Source: Histomonas meleagridis 2922-C6/04-290x
Taxonomy: Eukaryota > Protista > Parabasalia
Assembly: GCA_020184695.1 (NCBI GenBank)
Contig: JAANOX010000121.1
Coordinates: forward strand, 124,001-188,000
Length of the DNA: 64,000 bases
Direction of reading: 5' to 3'
Under the pieces are notes generated by a model. It did not search any database, was not told the origin of the DNA, and saw only the letters and a list, made by a program, of their open reading frames with translations. This document shows, in pieces, positions 9,334 to 19,715 of the stretch; within the stretch, counting starts at the first letter, position 1; every line of letters begins with the position of its first letter. The translations under genes were made by a program, and so were the position numbers.

Positions 9334-10536
9334 ATGCTTCCTTATTCCGCTTCTTATCAAATAATTACTCAAACTATACAGCATCACACCAATATAATGC
9401 AAACTACGCTCCATAATTTACAAGTCTTTCAAAATACAGGGTTGTCGTTTTTAGAAAATCTTAATACAACACTCAAAAATATCAACCTAAATTCAAACAT
9501 AATGAACTGGATTAAAGAAAATTTCGCACAACTTCATTCTATATCTATTTTTATCCAAGGAATTTCAAATGAAATTGTTTCTCCATTAACTGAATTCAGT
9601 AGTAATTATACAGCTAAAGCTAAAGGTTTACAAACAAAATATGAGGAAGCACAAATTCCTTATAAAGCAGCAAGTGAAGATTACTTTTCTTCTTATTCTA
9701 CATATTATGAAACATGCAATAACATTGATGAATATTCATATAAAATGAACACCCAAAAGGGCGCTGCAAGGGAAAAGTCAGAGCAAATGTTTAATGATTT
9801 TAGAAACAAATGCACAGACCATGAAGCAGATGTTCTTGAAAAAAGAGAAAAACTCGGTCGCGCAAAGCTGAAATATGCCGCAGAGCTCGAAGGAATAATG
9901 GCGGATTTCGAAAAGCTCGAAAAAAATTTTTATGATCATTTTCGATCTCTCTTCAACAAGTTCGAAAATCTCCTTCTCCAATTATCAAGCACGTTAAAAG
10001 AATCTTCAGCTCAAAAGTTAGAGTCCATCAAAGACATACAATCCACTGAATTTCCATATCCAACACAATCAAATAATGAGAAATACGATATTCCAGATGA
10101 ATTGCTTTCTCTTCCTGAGCCTCCAATTGAGGTTTTTCAGCTTTTAAAGCCAGAAAATATTTTTGCATTAGAAATGAATTCCAAATATGTAATGGCTACT
10201 CAAGCTTATCAGTCGTCATCAAGTGACAAGTTTGTTACTAAGAAGGATGATATTTTACAGGTCCTAGAAGAAACTGATGGTGCTTATGTTGTTCGGAATT
10301 TGCGTTCTCAAATCATTGGAAAATTGAACGTATCGTTGACAAAACCGTTGGACGATAGGACGCAAATTTTGAAAGAGATAAAATATGCTTCACGTGAATT
10401 CTCAAGCAATAACAGAAAGGTAAAACAAAACGAGTACGTTTTCGTGTTATCTTCTTCAAATGATGTTGCACAATGTATTACAATGAATGGAGAAGAAATA
10501 CAAATTCCTACAGAAATATTACAAAATATAAATTAA
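9334..10536 (+). CDS. coiled-coil (F-BAR-like) protein with possible degenerate C-terminal SH3-like domains
   Basis: About 240 aa helical/coiled-coil N-terminus; C-terminal ATQAYQSS...FVTKKDDILQVLEETDGAY resembles SH3; similarity is weak. Confidence 0.45.
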   Translation: MLPYSASYQIITQTIQHHTNIMQTTLHNLQVFQNTGLSFLENLNTTLKNINLNSNIMNWIKENFAQLHSISIFIQGISNEIVSPLTEFSSNYTAKAKGLQTKYEEAQIPYKAASEDYFSSYSTYYETCNNIDEYSYKMNTQKGAAREKSEQMFNDFRNKCTDHEADVLEKREKLGRAKLKYAAELEGIMADFEKLEKNFYDHFRSLFNKFENLLLQLSSTLKESSAQKLESIKDIQSTEFPYPTQSNNEKYDIPDELLSLPEPPIEVFQLLKPENIFALEMNSKYVMATQAYQSSSSDKFVTKKDDILQVLEETDGAYVVRNLRSQIIGKLNVSLTKPLDDRTQILKEIKYASREFSSNNRKVKQNEYVFVLSSSNDVAQCITMNGEEIQIPTEILQNIN

Positions 10537-10743
10537 GGTTTAAAGATTAAAAGTCTGCGGGTGTAATTTTTTAAATAAAGTTTCTCGATTTCTAAGAATT
10601 TTAGTTGCAAAAACTATTTTTTTTTTTATTAGACACACAGTAGTTCAGATAATAAAAAAATTTTCACCATATTATCAACTTAAATATTGGAAAGTAGTGA
10701 TTTTATTATTTTAAGACCATATCAAAAAATTTCATTATAGGAA

Positions 10744-10816
10744 ACACCTATAGCATAATGGATAATGCGCCTCCCTTCTAAGGAGGAGACTCTGGGTTCG
10801 AGTCCCCGTAGGTGTG
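10744..10816 (+). tRNA. trnR-UCU: tRNA-Arg (anticodon TCT)
   Basis: Acceptor ACACCTA/TAGGTGT, D-stem GCAT/ATGC, anticodon stem CCTCC/GGAGG with loop CTTCTAA, T-loop TTCGAGT (one T-stem mismatch). Confidence 0.92.
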
Positions 10817-10822
10817 TTTTTT
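10817..10822 (+). terminator. RNA polymerase III T-run terminator
   Basis: TTTTTT immediately after the tRNA discriminator base. Confidence 0.7.
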
Positions 10823-10860
10823 ATTCACCTAAAGGATATCCTTAAAAAAAATTTTTTTTC

Positions 10861-12297
10861 ATGATGGAGGAATCAAAGGAATGGTGGGAGAAATTGACTA
10901 AGTCAACAATTGATGATATGTTAGCGATTAGAAATTTAAACGAAATATTGAAAAAAAATTATCGAATTCTTTTTGAATCTGTAAAAGACATTCAAGATGA
11001 AGAAAAATATTGGAATACAATATGTGCAACTCTCCAAAAAATTCTTTGCGTTAAAGTTCCAAATCCATCAAATAACTTCCAGAAATTTATTGAAATAATA
11101 TTTTTAAATCAATTCAAACTTTATCCAACTTCTGTTGAAGATATTATTACATTTATTAAGTCGTCTCCTCGAAATGAAAATATATCTTTTTTAATATGGA
11201 ACTTTTCTTCACATATCAAACTATCTGATTTTTTTAATGCATTTTATTCAATGATCATTTCAAATGATGAATTTTATCAGAAACTTATGTCATATCCCCA
11301 GTCCTTAAATATTTTTTTTGATCATTATTTCAATTTACTTGATTCATCGCCAATCAAAAATGACAAGCAAATGTCATTACGTATCAATCTAATTAATATT
11401 TTATGTCAACTTATGATTGATCACCCAGATAAAATTAAACTTTTATATCAGCATCAGCGTAAAATGTGGGATTATCTATTAAAGTTGATGAAAGACAATT
11501 ACCAATCAATGTCAATTGAATCGTTTCGCATTGCCACGAACTTCTATCTCAAATCACACCAATTCTTTGATTCCAAATTTAAATATAATTGGCTTATTCG
11601 AATGGCCACAAATAATGCATCAAATTCATCGTTACATTTTCTTTCTCTAAAATTTATTTTAAATTTAAATTTTGTTGATTTTAAATATTTGGAATTATGT
11701 AAAGCACTTATTAGTAATGGGATTAATGATGTTTGCGATATTTCATTTATCGAAGAAATATTAATTACTAAGAAACTAGAAAATGTTTTTTCTATTTTCG
11801 AATACTTTTTTAATTTGTCTACTTCGAAAAATATATTTGCAAACGCTGCAAGAATTACTCTTCTCAATCTTTTACCGATTTATTATGATAACCAAGAATT
11901 AACTTCTTATATTCCATTGTTTATAAAGAGATGTTTCCAATTTATAATTTTCTCTTTAAAGAAAAATAAATACAAATGTAAACGTTTCATAGTATTAAAA
12001 TTTTTGTTCGATTTATGGAAATTAAACATAGAAAGCATTAGTTCTGTTGTTCAAAGACTTTCTTCTTCATTAATTAAAGCAAAGATTCATGAGAATGTAA
12101 TATGTCTAATGTTCAAAGAAACAAATGACTTCGATGAAGAATTTATAAAGGAAACTATGGATGCCAATTGCGATAGAGTTGACATTAAAAATGTTCTTAA
12201 TAATGTGTCTAATGTAATACCGATGTTGTTCATTGATGGTCTCGATTATTCTTATGACTATTCTTCATATTCTTCGTATTCAGATGAACCAGATTGA
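10861..12297 (+). CDS. hypothetical alpha-helical protein
   Basis: 478-aa ORF with ATG start; no motif recognised. Confidence 0.7.
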   Translation: MMEESKEWWEKLTKSTIDDMLAIRNLNEILKKNYRILFESVKDIQDEEKYWNTICATLQKILCVKVPNPSNNFQKFIEIIFLNQFKLYPTSVEDIITFIKSSPRNENISFLIWNFSSHIKLSDFFNAFYSMIISNDEFYQKLMSYPQSLNIFFDHYFNLLDSSPIKNDKQMSLRINLINILCQLMIDHPDKIKLLYQHQRKMWDYLLKLMKDNYQSMSIESFRIATNFYLKSHQFFDSKFKYNWLIRMATNNASNSSLHFLSLKFILNLNFVDFKYLELCKALISNGINDVCDISFIEEILITKKLENVFSIFEYFFNLSTSKNIFANAARITLLNLLPIYYDNQELTSYIPLFIKRCFQFIIFSLKKNKYKCKRFIVLKFLFDLWKLNIESISSVVQRLSSSLIKAKIHENVICLMFKETNDFDEEFIKETMDANCDRVDIKNVLNNVSNVIPMLFIDGLDYSYDYSSYSSYSDEPD

Positions 12298-12659
12298 AAA
12301 TAAAAAAATGGAAATATTAGGTCTTATTGATATAATTAAATATAGAAATCGTTTTTATTAAATTTTTTTTTTTAATTTTCTTCATGCTGAACACATAATT
12401 AATAAATTCAAATTTATATCAATTCTTTGAACATTTCATCTGTTTAGAATTTTACTTCAACTTACCTAAATGAAGTATATTCACATAAATCTTTATAAAC
12501 TAACAGACGCCAAACTTCAAAACATTTGCGTTTTGTGAAGAACAGTTGTATTTTATGATGATTTACGATCTGTTTGCAAACAGTGTGATTTTTTTCATAC
12601 GAAAAAAACAATAAATAAAAGCGCTTTTATAAAACATTTTTATAGACATTTTATTTCTT

Positions 12660-15600
12660 TTACAACAACTGCATTTGGATACTTCCGTTCTTACTTACAA
12701 CCATCAACGAGTTATTCATTTTTATATACTGCAAACCCAAAACGTTTTCCTTACACAAGAATTTAGGTTTTTCGTACAAAATATTTTCCAATTGCATTAA
12801 TTCGACAACGTATAATTCCTTTTCCTCAGCACAAATACAAATCCAATCGAACCCATTTCTATCCTTCCAAGTTTCCATTGTTGTCACTACCTTATTAAAG
12901 AAAACCTTCTTCAACAAGGCGCCGTTAATATTGAACATCAAGAAAGCGGTTGTTTTTGTCGAAGTTTGACCCATTGCGACGACGATAAAACCGAAAGATT
13001 TCGAAATTCTAACGAACAAGGGTATACCCTTACCGACCTTAACGGTCCTGAGCACTTTTTCTTTTCTTAACGATACCAAATCCATGAAACCTTGTGAAGA
13101 CGTTAACGCCGCTATATCGAATTCACTTGAAATCCCTGCCGATACATAATCTTTTTTAGATGATTCGATAGTGAAAAGTGGCTTAGTTATGTCAGATATT
13201 TTCCAAAAATCAGCGTACGAATCATTACCAATAGTAATTATATATTTATCATTTTGACATATGAATTTAATTTCATGGAATAATCGATATGAAGTTTTGA
13301 TTTCTTTAGTTCTAAAATTCGTTGCGATAAAACGTCGTGTAAAGTTTGAAGGATTAATTAGTAAAGTATTATCGATTAATATTGCTTTGTTTGATACATT
13401 TTCTTGTATTAAATTTGTGAAGATTTTCTTTGTGATAATTTCATGAGTTAAAATTGTGAATTCGTATAATATTAATTCATTATTATTCTTCTCGTTAAAG
13501 ATAAATGATCCGTATAATGTCTTTGGCTTTTTCTCGATAAATGAATATGTAATAATTGAAGAGTTTGATAATTGTAAATTAAATGTTTTAATTTTCGGTT
13601 CAATTTTGTTAATTTTTAAATGTTTAGGATGAATATCATTAAATATCTTTAATGAAGTGTTTTGTTGATAGATACCAAAGTTTAAATCGATCCATTCATT
13701 TAAATGTTTTGTTACATATTTACTTTCTAAAGCTTTCCGATGTAAATATATGAAATCAATTGAAGTTTCACTCCATTTCGGTAATGTTATATCGGAACAA
13801 TTTTTAATGTTATTTTTATTTTCGAATATTTCTGGACAAGAGAAAAACTCAGGTATTAATTCGATGTTATTTTGTATTGCATTTTCATAATAATTTTTAA
13901 TATCATTAATATTATTATTATTGTTATTAATTGATGTAAATGGTTCTATTCTCATTAAATATTTACATACATTATCTTTATCAATTGGTATATTATTATT
14001 TATTAAGTTATTACCAATTGGTTTAGATAAATCGCGATAAATACTTTTATCATTTAAGTCTAATGTTTCTTTATCAAAATTAGTTATAACCCATGGAATG
14101 AATGGATAATTATTTAAGTCATTAAATGTTCGACCACAATAATAATTTAAGTTGATTAAATATTCGAAGTTAGAGATATTACCTGTGATCCATTTATTTG
14201 TTAAATTAAAAAGAGGCTTTTGTTCAGTAACATTAATATGATCACAAAATGATATAAATTGTTTAATATCATTAAATTCAATATAATAATTTTTACGTTG
14301 TTTTGTTAATATTTCTATTATTAAATTCTTTTTCTTATATATATAAATAATATCTTCAATTAAAATATGACTTTCAAATTCATTCGATTTAATAATTAAT
14401 TCATTTGTTAAAACTGATAAAATAATTTCTTTTTTGATGTCATATTTATATAACTTACAATTATATGTTTCGATTGGATTTTGTATAATAATTTTTTCGA
14501 TTGATGAAGAAGATTTTAATTTTATCATTTTATATTCATCAATTTTACTATTCTTTAATTTTAATCGTTTCAAAAATACTTTTTTAAGTTTAATTGGAAT
14601 CCCAATTTTATTACAATATGTCGAATCACGTTTAAATATCATTTTCATTTTATTTTCATTTGATGATTTCCATATAGTTTGGAATAATTCAGTACGTAAA
14701 TGATGCCATTTCTTAAAGTTAATTTCATTTAAGTTTATAGCTTCTTCATTCATCTTTTGTATTCTTTCAATTGTATCTCCTTCAATACCATGTTGGAAAT
14801 TCTTTAAGAAGATAAATTGTTTTTTAATATCTTTTTTCTCTTTTTCTTGTAATGTTATTGATACTTTTCTAATAATACGTAAATAAATTGATAATTCCGA
14901 AATGTTTTGGAAGAAATTAACAACGTTTTCTAGTGATATATTTTGTTTTAAATATTTTAAATTTATATTAAATTTATGTAAATAAAATGATATGAAATTT
15001 AATGAATTTTCATTTTCGATGATTTTAGTCTTAATTTTATTAATATGATCTATAACTAAAGGTGAATCAAATCGTAATATAAATGAACATAATATTAAAT
15101 CATAATTTAAAAATAATTCATCATAATGTTGTTCGAAATTCGTAATACAACATTTAGCTAAATCTAAATCTTTCCAATTACCATTTTCATCGATATTTAA
15201 TCCAAAGACATAATTCATTCCATTATCAATATATTTATCTAATTCATCTATAAATGATACATATTTAGTTTTGGTGATTTCATTTATATTAAAATTCGAA
15301 TATTTCTTAAAAATTAAATATAAAAATTTCTCACTTTCAATGTTCTTTCTAAATAATATAAAGAAATATGAAATTTGTAAAAATTGTTTTAAATGTTTTT
15401 CATCTAATTCTGTTTTTTTAACAATAAATTCTAAAAATTTAGTAACTCGATTTTGTGCTTTAGTAATTGTGAAATATATTTCCATTAATATACATACATC
15501 TAAAAAGTTATCAGTAATTCGACTTAACATATCAAATATTACTATATCATAAGAAGTATCATTACTTTGAAATAATGCTAATAAACTTAATATTGTTTGA

Positions 15601-18600
15601 TTAAAAAAGAATTTACTGACTTTGTTCATATCAAAAGGTTGATAAATACTTAAGAATTCTAATACATTATCAGATGAAATTGCTAATTTACATTCGATAG
15701 GGAATAATCGAATATTTGTTAAACCCATTAATTTAAATAATAATGATTTTGTAGATAATTTCTTTGTTAATAAATTCGAAATTAAACGTAATTGAATTCC
15801 TACATTAATATTAACTTTTAATATGATTTTAATGATTAAAATAACTATATCTTCATTATTATATAAGATTAAATTATGGATTAAACCAATATATTTAAAG
15901 ACATATTGAATGTTTTCTTTTTTGTTTAATATTTGTTCAATAAATTCTAAAAATGTTATTAATATATTTGGTTCACTATGAGTTAAAAGTATTCCAATAA
16001 TAAATGAAATATTTTCTTCTGTTAAATTATTCTCTGCTATTAATAATAATAAATTAATAATATTTTGTTGTAATAATTTATCATTTAATTCAATAAATCG
16101 AAATAAAATTCGATTAAAATCAAAATATTCAATGAAATCAATGATTAAAAATCGATTCCAATGTTTAAATATTCGAAATTGATCTTGAAAACTACCTTTT
16201 AACCAAATATCAAAATTTAATAAAATCAAATTAAATAAATCCTCTAAAACTTCTTTATCATGAATAATTGGTATAAATTGAGTAAATCGTAAATATAAAT
16301 TATAATTAATTTCATTATTCGGGAAATTTAAAACTAAATAAGTTAATATTTGAATAAATTCTTTTAATGATTTAACTGCTGTTTCTGAACATTCTAATAA
16401 TTGTTGGAATAAATCTAATGATAAAAGTGAATTATTTATAATCTTTTTACCATTTAATGGTATTAATCTAGTTTGAGTTAATAAAGGTAAAAATGATTCG
16501 ATTTTAATCTCATTAATTAATATATCTTTAAATGTTAAATAATAAGGAGATAAAATCTTTTGTGATGGTATTAAATTAATATTTTCGATTTTACTTGTAA
16601 TTAATGGTTGAATTTTTTGATTATTATTTTGAGTAAAACTAACAATGATTTGTGCATCTTTAGGTATCATATTAAAATTAGAAATCCATTCGAAATAATC
16701 ATCAGTTCCTAATTTACTTGGTGAGATAATAAATGATGATAAATATCCAATAATAGGAAATTCTCCAATTTCTTTATCAGGTTCACAACATTTTAATGTA
16801 AGTGTTTCATTATTATTAAATGGACATTGAATTGATCTATAAAATGGTGAAACTTTTCCATTAACATTTTGATAAAATCCACAAACTTCATTATTAATAT
16901 GTTTAATGGATACTAAAATCCATGAACGTGTTGGTAATGTTTCAACAAATTTAGAATAACATCGTAATGTTTCACTTTCAATTGTTATAGATAATGTATT
17001 ATCACCTGATAAAATAATTTCTAATCGATTTTTATTTTTATCGATGAAATCAAATAATGTAATTTGATATTTAGCAGGAAATGATTCTAAAAATAACCAA
17101 AATGTTATTACAAATCCATTTTTGATTATTTCACATGGAATATTTTCTATCATTAATGGATTAGAATTCGATGATAACTCAATAAAATATGATGGTTTCT
17201 TATTACTTTTCGATAACATTTCTGTTAATATTGATATGAAAATTGGTTGATAAATACTTTGATAATAAACATTTATAGGTGTAAATAAACTAAAATGTTT
17301 TTTAACAATAGAAATCGTTGTACATCTTTCATATATTAATACTAATAATGATAAAAACTTATTAACAATTAATGAATTATCTTCAAAATCTTCTTTATAT
17401 TGTATTAATGTATCTAAAATGAAATTATCAAAACCTTTATCATGTACAGTTTTCCGATTCATATAAGAACCTACTAAAAGTTCATATATGAAATCTAATA
17501 CTTTAATTAATTTTTCTTTATTTGGACATGACTTAATTAACGCCGGTAAAATCTTAGGTTGTTGTATACAAAAACTTGAAGAATTTTCAAATCGAGGTTT
17601 CCCTGCTAATATTTGTATTAATTTCTTCTTAATTAAAGAGAAATATTTTGGATCTTTAAAATGTAAACAACCTTTTATAATGTCAGAAGATGATATACTA
17701 TTACAATCATAAGAACTAAATTGTAATGATTGAATAAATAAATCATATGAATCTTGATCATCATCTTTTAAATCACCCATCGAATTATATAAAGGACCTT
17801 TTAAACTTGTAAATAATGAATAATAATCCCATATAGTTCGATCATGTTCAGAACTACTTGCAATGAAATTATTTATAGTCTCTAAGACTAACGCTAATAA
17901 TTTAACATGTCGTTGATCTTTTATAAAAAGAATTTCACGATTAAAAAGTTCAATTAATGAATTAAATAAATATGAATAAATACCTTCGGATGGCATTTCA
18001 TTTATAAATGTTCCAATACTTTCTAATATAAAAGGTCGAACAGGATCTTCATAAAGTAATGAGACAAAAACATTAACAAAGTTTTGATTAGATAACCAAA
18101 TAATTTGATTATAATGAAGTGCATTCGATATAAATTGGAATAATGAAGTTCGCGCTGCTTCAATAATTTGTGTAGTTGATTCATTTGATGTAAAATGTAA
18201 TTTCTGGAAATAAATAATTGATTTAGAAATAGAATGAATTAATGATACTGACATTAATTCATCTTGATTTATATAATCATAATATATTACTACACGTTGT
18301 ATAACTTCTGATAATATTAATGGTCGATCAAATAAACTTTCGATTATATATGATAAATTACGAAATCCATTTTGAGCTAATGAATAAATTGCATCTGCTC
18401 GAAGTTGTGAGATAAAATTCGAATATTTATTTCCATCAAATGATGAAACATCAGCAGAAAATAAATCTGTCGATAATAAACTATCCCAATATAATGTAAC
18501 AAGATGATCATCTAATTTAACATTTGATGCATATAATATTATTGCATATATTGAATCAAAACTTTTCTGCTTTGAATATGTTGATTTAAATAAGTTAAAA

Positions 18601-19691
18601 AAATTTGAGATAACTGAAAAACATTTATGTGATATTTGAGAAAATATTAGAATGATTTCATTAATTGGATTATCAAATTCAAATGATGATACTGCTCGAC
18701 TTGTTTTATAGTTCATAGAATTATATGTTAATTTTGATTCAAATGTAGTATGCTCACTAAATTTTTGCTTGGGTTTATAAGATTTGGGAATTGAATCAAA
18801 TATGATCCGCGTGCTCTCAAATTTAGGAACGCTATCGTAGTAGTAAATTTTGTGAGAGTTTATTTGACTGAAAAGTGTACTGGCAAATAATAATGTGTAT
18901 GGTTCAAGAGTCTCTTTCTTGTCTAATACTGTCGCTTCAGCAAGAAAAAATTTTAAGGCAGGAAGCTCTAATGCATCAAGATTATACATAATTTTCCCAA
19001 TGATTTTAATAGCAATGTCTTGGGATATTGGAATTGTACTAACATAATCAAGAAAATCAATACAATCTGTTGTAAGAGCTGAACCTTTTTTTACAATGTT
19101 TTTTAAAATTAGTGGAATTAAAGGTTCAAGAGTTTTTAACTGGCTTGGAAATTGATTTATCATTTCTTTAAAAGGATTTATGATGTTTTTGAGTTCTTTG
19201 TTCTTTGATTTAAAAATATACTGTTTTGATATTGCGAAAAATATCTCTGTTGCTATTTGAAGAAAACATGAATTTGAAATTCGAACCATTGAATTTAAAA
19301 CATCTTTTATCTCGTTATAATTGTTATCATCAGCAGTTGTAGTCCATATAAGAAAATTATATAAGATAAGTATGTAGAAAAAATTTTTGGAAGAATCATT
19401 AATATTCAAAGAATTGAAAACACTAAATGAAATGCTTTTTAGGTTGAGATCCTTTTTTAAATCTGTAACACGAACCATATTATTTTCATCTTGTATTAAA
19501 TTGATATTTCCAAGTATATGATCAAATTGTGCATTAACGAGTTCATGATAGAAAAAACTAATAACTGAGCCTTTTTCAAGTGTAGGAATTTGTTCTGGCA
19601 TTGAGATTCCGAGGATACCGCATATGATGTCAGATGGTAATTCCATATTAAATGCTAAGTCAGCTTTTCTGTTGAAATTTGCAACGTCCAT
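12660..19691 (-). CDS. BEACH-domain protein (PH-BEACH-WD40, neurobeachin/LRBA-like)
   Basis: WITGNISNFEYLINLNYYCGRTFNDLNNYPFIPWVI, RDLSKPIG and ELIPEFF BEACH motifs; WD-like C-terminus; start set at ATG 19691 (MDVANF), an assumption. Confidence 0.9.
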   Translation of the reverse strand: MDVANFNRKADLAFNMELPSDIICGILGISMPEQIPTLEKGSVISFFYHELVNAQFDHILGNINLIQDENNMVRVTDLKKDLNLKSISFSVFNSLNINDSSKNFFYILILYNFLIWTTTADDNNYNEIKDVLNSMVRISNSCFLQIATEIFFAISKQYIFKSKNKELKNIINPFKEMINQFPSQLKTLEPLIPLILKNIVKKGSALTTDCIDFLDYVSTIPISQDIAIKIIGKIMYNLDALELPALKFFLAEATVLDKKETLEPYTLLFASTLFSQINSHKIYYYDSVPKFESTRIIFDSIPKSYKPKQKFSEHTTFESKLTYNSMNYKTSRAVSSFEFDNPINEIILIFSQISHKCFSVISNFFNLFKSTYSKQKSFDSIYAIILYASNVKLDDHLVTLYWDSLLSTDLFSADVSSFDGNKYSNFISQLRADAIYSLAQNGFRNLSYIIESLFDRPLILSEVIQRVVIYYDYINQDELMSVSLIHSISKSIIYFQKLHFTSNESTTQIIEAARTSLFQFISNALHYNQIIWLSNQNFVNVFVSLLYEDPVRPFILESIGTFINEMPSEGIYSYLFNSLIELFNREILFIKDQRHVKLLALVLETINNFIASSSEHDRTIWDYYSLFTSLKGPLYNSMGDLKDDDQDSYDLFIQSLQFSSYDCNSISSSDIIKGCLHFKDPKYFSLIKKKLIQILAGKPRFENSSSFCIQQPKILPALIKSCPNKEKLIKVLDFIYELLVGSYMNRKTVHDKGFDNFILDTLIQYKEDFEDNSLIVNKFLSLLVLIYERCTTISIVKKHFSLFTPINVYYQSIYQPIFISILTEMLSKSNKKPSYFIELSSNSNPLMIENIPCEIIKNGFVITFWLFLESFPAKYQITLFDFIDKNKNRLEIILSGDNTLSITIESETLRCYSKFVETLPTRSWILVSIKHINNEVCGFYQNVNGKVSPFYRSIQCPFNNNETLTLKCCEPDKEIGEFPIIGYLSSFIISPSKLGTDDYFEWISNFNMIPKDAQIIVSFTQNNNQKIQPLITSKIENINLIPSQKILSPYYLTFKDILINEIKIESFLPLLTQTRLIPLNGKKIINNSLLSLDLFQQLLECSETAVKSLKEFIQILTYLVLNFPNNEINYNLYLRFTQFIPIIHDKEVLEDLFNLILLNFDIWLKGSFQDQFRIFKHWNRFLIIDFIEYFDFNRILFRFIELNDKLLQQNIINLLLLIAENNLTEENISFIIGILLTHSEPNILITFLEFIEQILNKKENIQYVFKYIGLIHNLILYNNEDIVILIIKIILKVNINVGIQLRLISNLLTKKLSTKSLLFKLMGLTNIRLFPIECKLAISSDNVLEFLSIYQPFDMNKVSKFFFNQTILSLLALFQSNDTSYDIVIFDMLSRITDNFLDVCILMEIYFTITKAQNRVTKFLEFIVKKTELDEKHLKQFLQISYFFILFRKNIESEKFLYLIFKKYSNFNINEITKTKYVSFIDELDKYIDNGMNYVFGLNIDENGNWKDLDLAKCCITNFEQHYDELFLNYDLILCSFILRFDSPLVIDHINKIKTKIIENENSLNFISFYLHKFNINLKYLKQNISLENVVNFFQNISELSIYLRIIRKVSITLQEKEKKDIKKQFIFLKNFQHGIEGDTIERIQKMNEEAINLNEINFKKWHHLRTELFQTIWKSSNENKMKMIFKRDSTYCNKIGIPIKLKKVFLKRLKLKNSKIDEYKMIKLKSSSSIEKIIIQNPIETYNCKLYKYDIKKEIILSVLTNELIIKSNEFESHILIEDIIYIYKKKNLIIEILTKQRKNYYIEFNDIKQFISFCDHINVTEQKPLFNLTNKWITGNISNFEYLINLNYYCGRTFNDLNNYPFIPWVITNFDKETLDLNDKSIYRDLSKPIGNNLINNNIPIDKDNVCKYLMRIEPFTSINNNNNNINDIKNYYENAIQNNIELIPEFFSCPEIFENKNNIKNCSDITLPKWSETSIDFIYLHRKALESKYVTKHLNEWIDLNFGIYQQNTSLKIFNDIHPKHLKINKIEPKIKTFNLQLSNSSIITYSFIEKKPKTLYGSFIFNEKNNNELILYEFTILTHEIITKKIFTNLIQENVSNKAILIDNTLLINPSNFTRRFIATNFRTKEIKTSYRLFHEIKFICQNDKYIITIGNDSYADFWKISDITKPLFTIESSKKDYVSAGISSEFDIAALTSSQGFMDLVSLRKEKVLRTVKVGKGIPLFVRISKSFGFIVVAMGQTSTKTTAFLMFNINGALLKKVFFNKVVTTMETWKDRNGFDWICICAEEKELYVVELMQLENILYEKPKFLCKENVLGLQYIKMNNSLMVVSKNGSIQMQLL

Positions 19692-19715
19692 TTGGGGTGC
19701 CCCTATAACCCAAAA

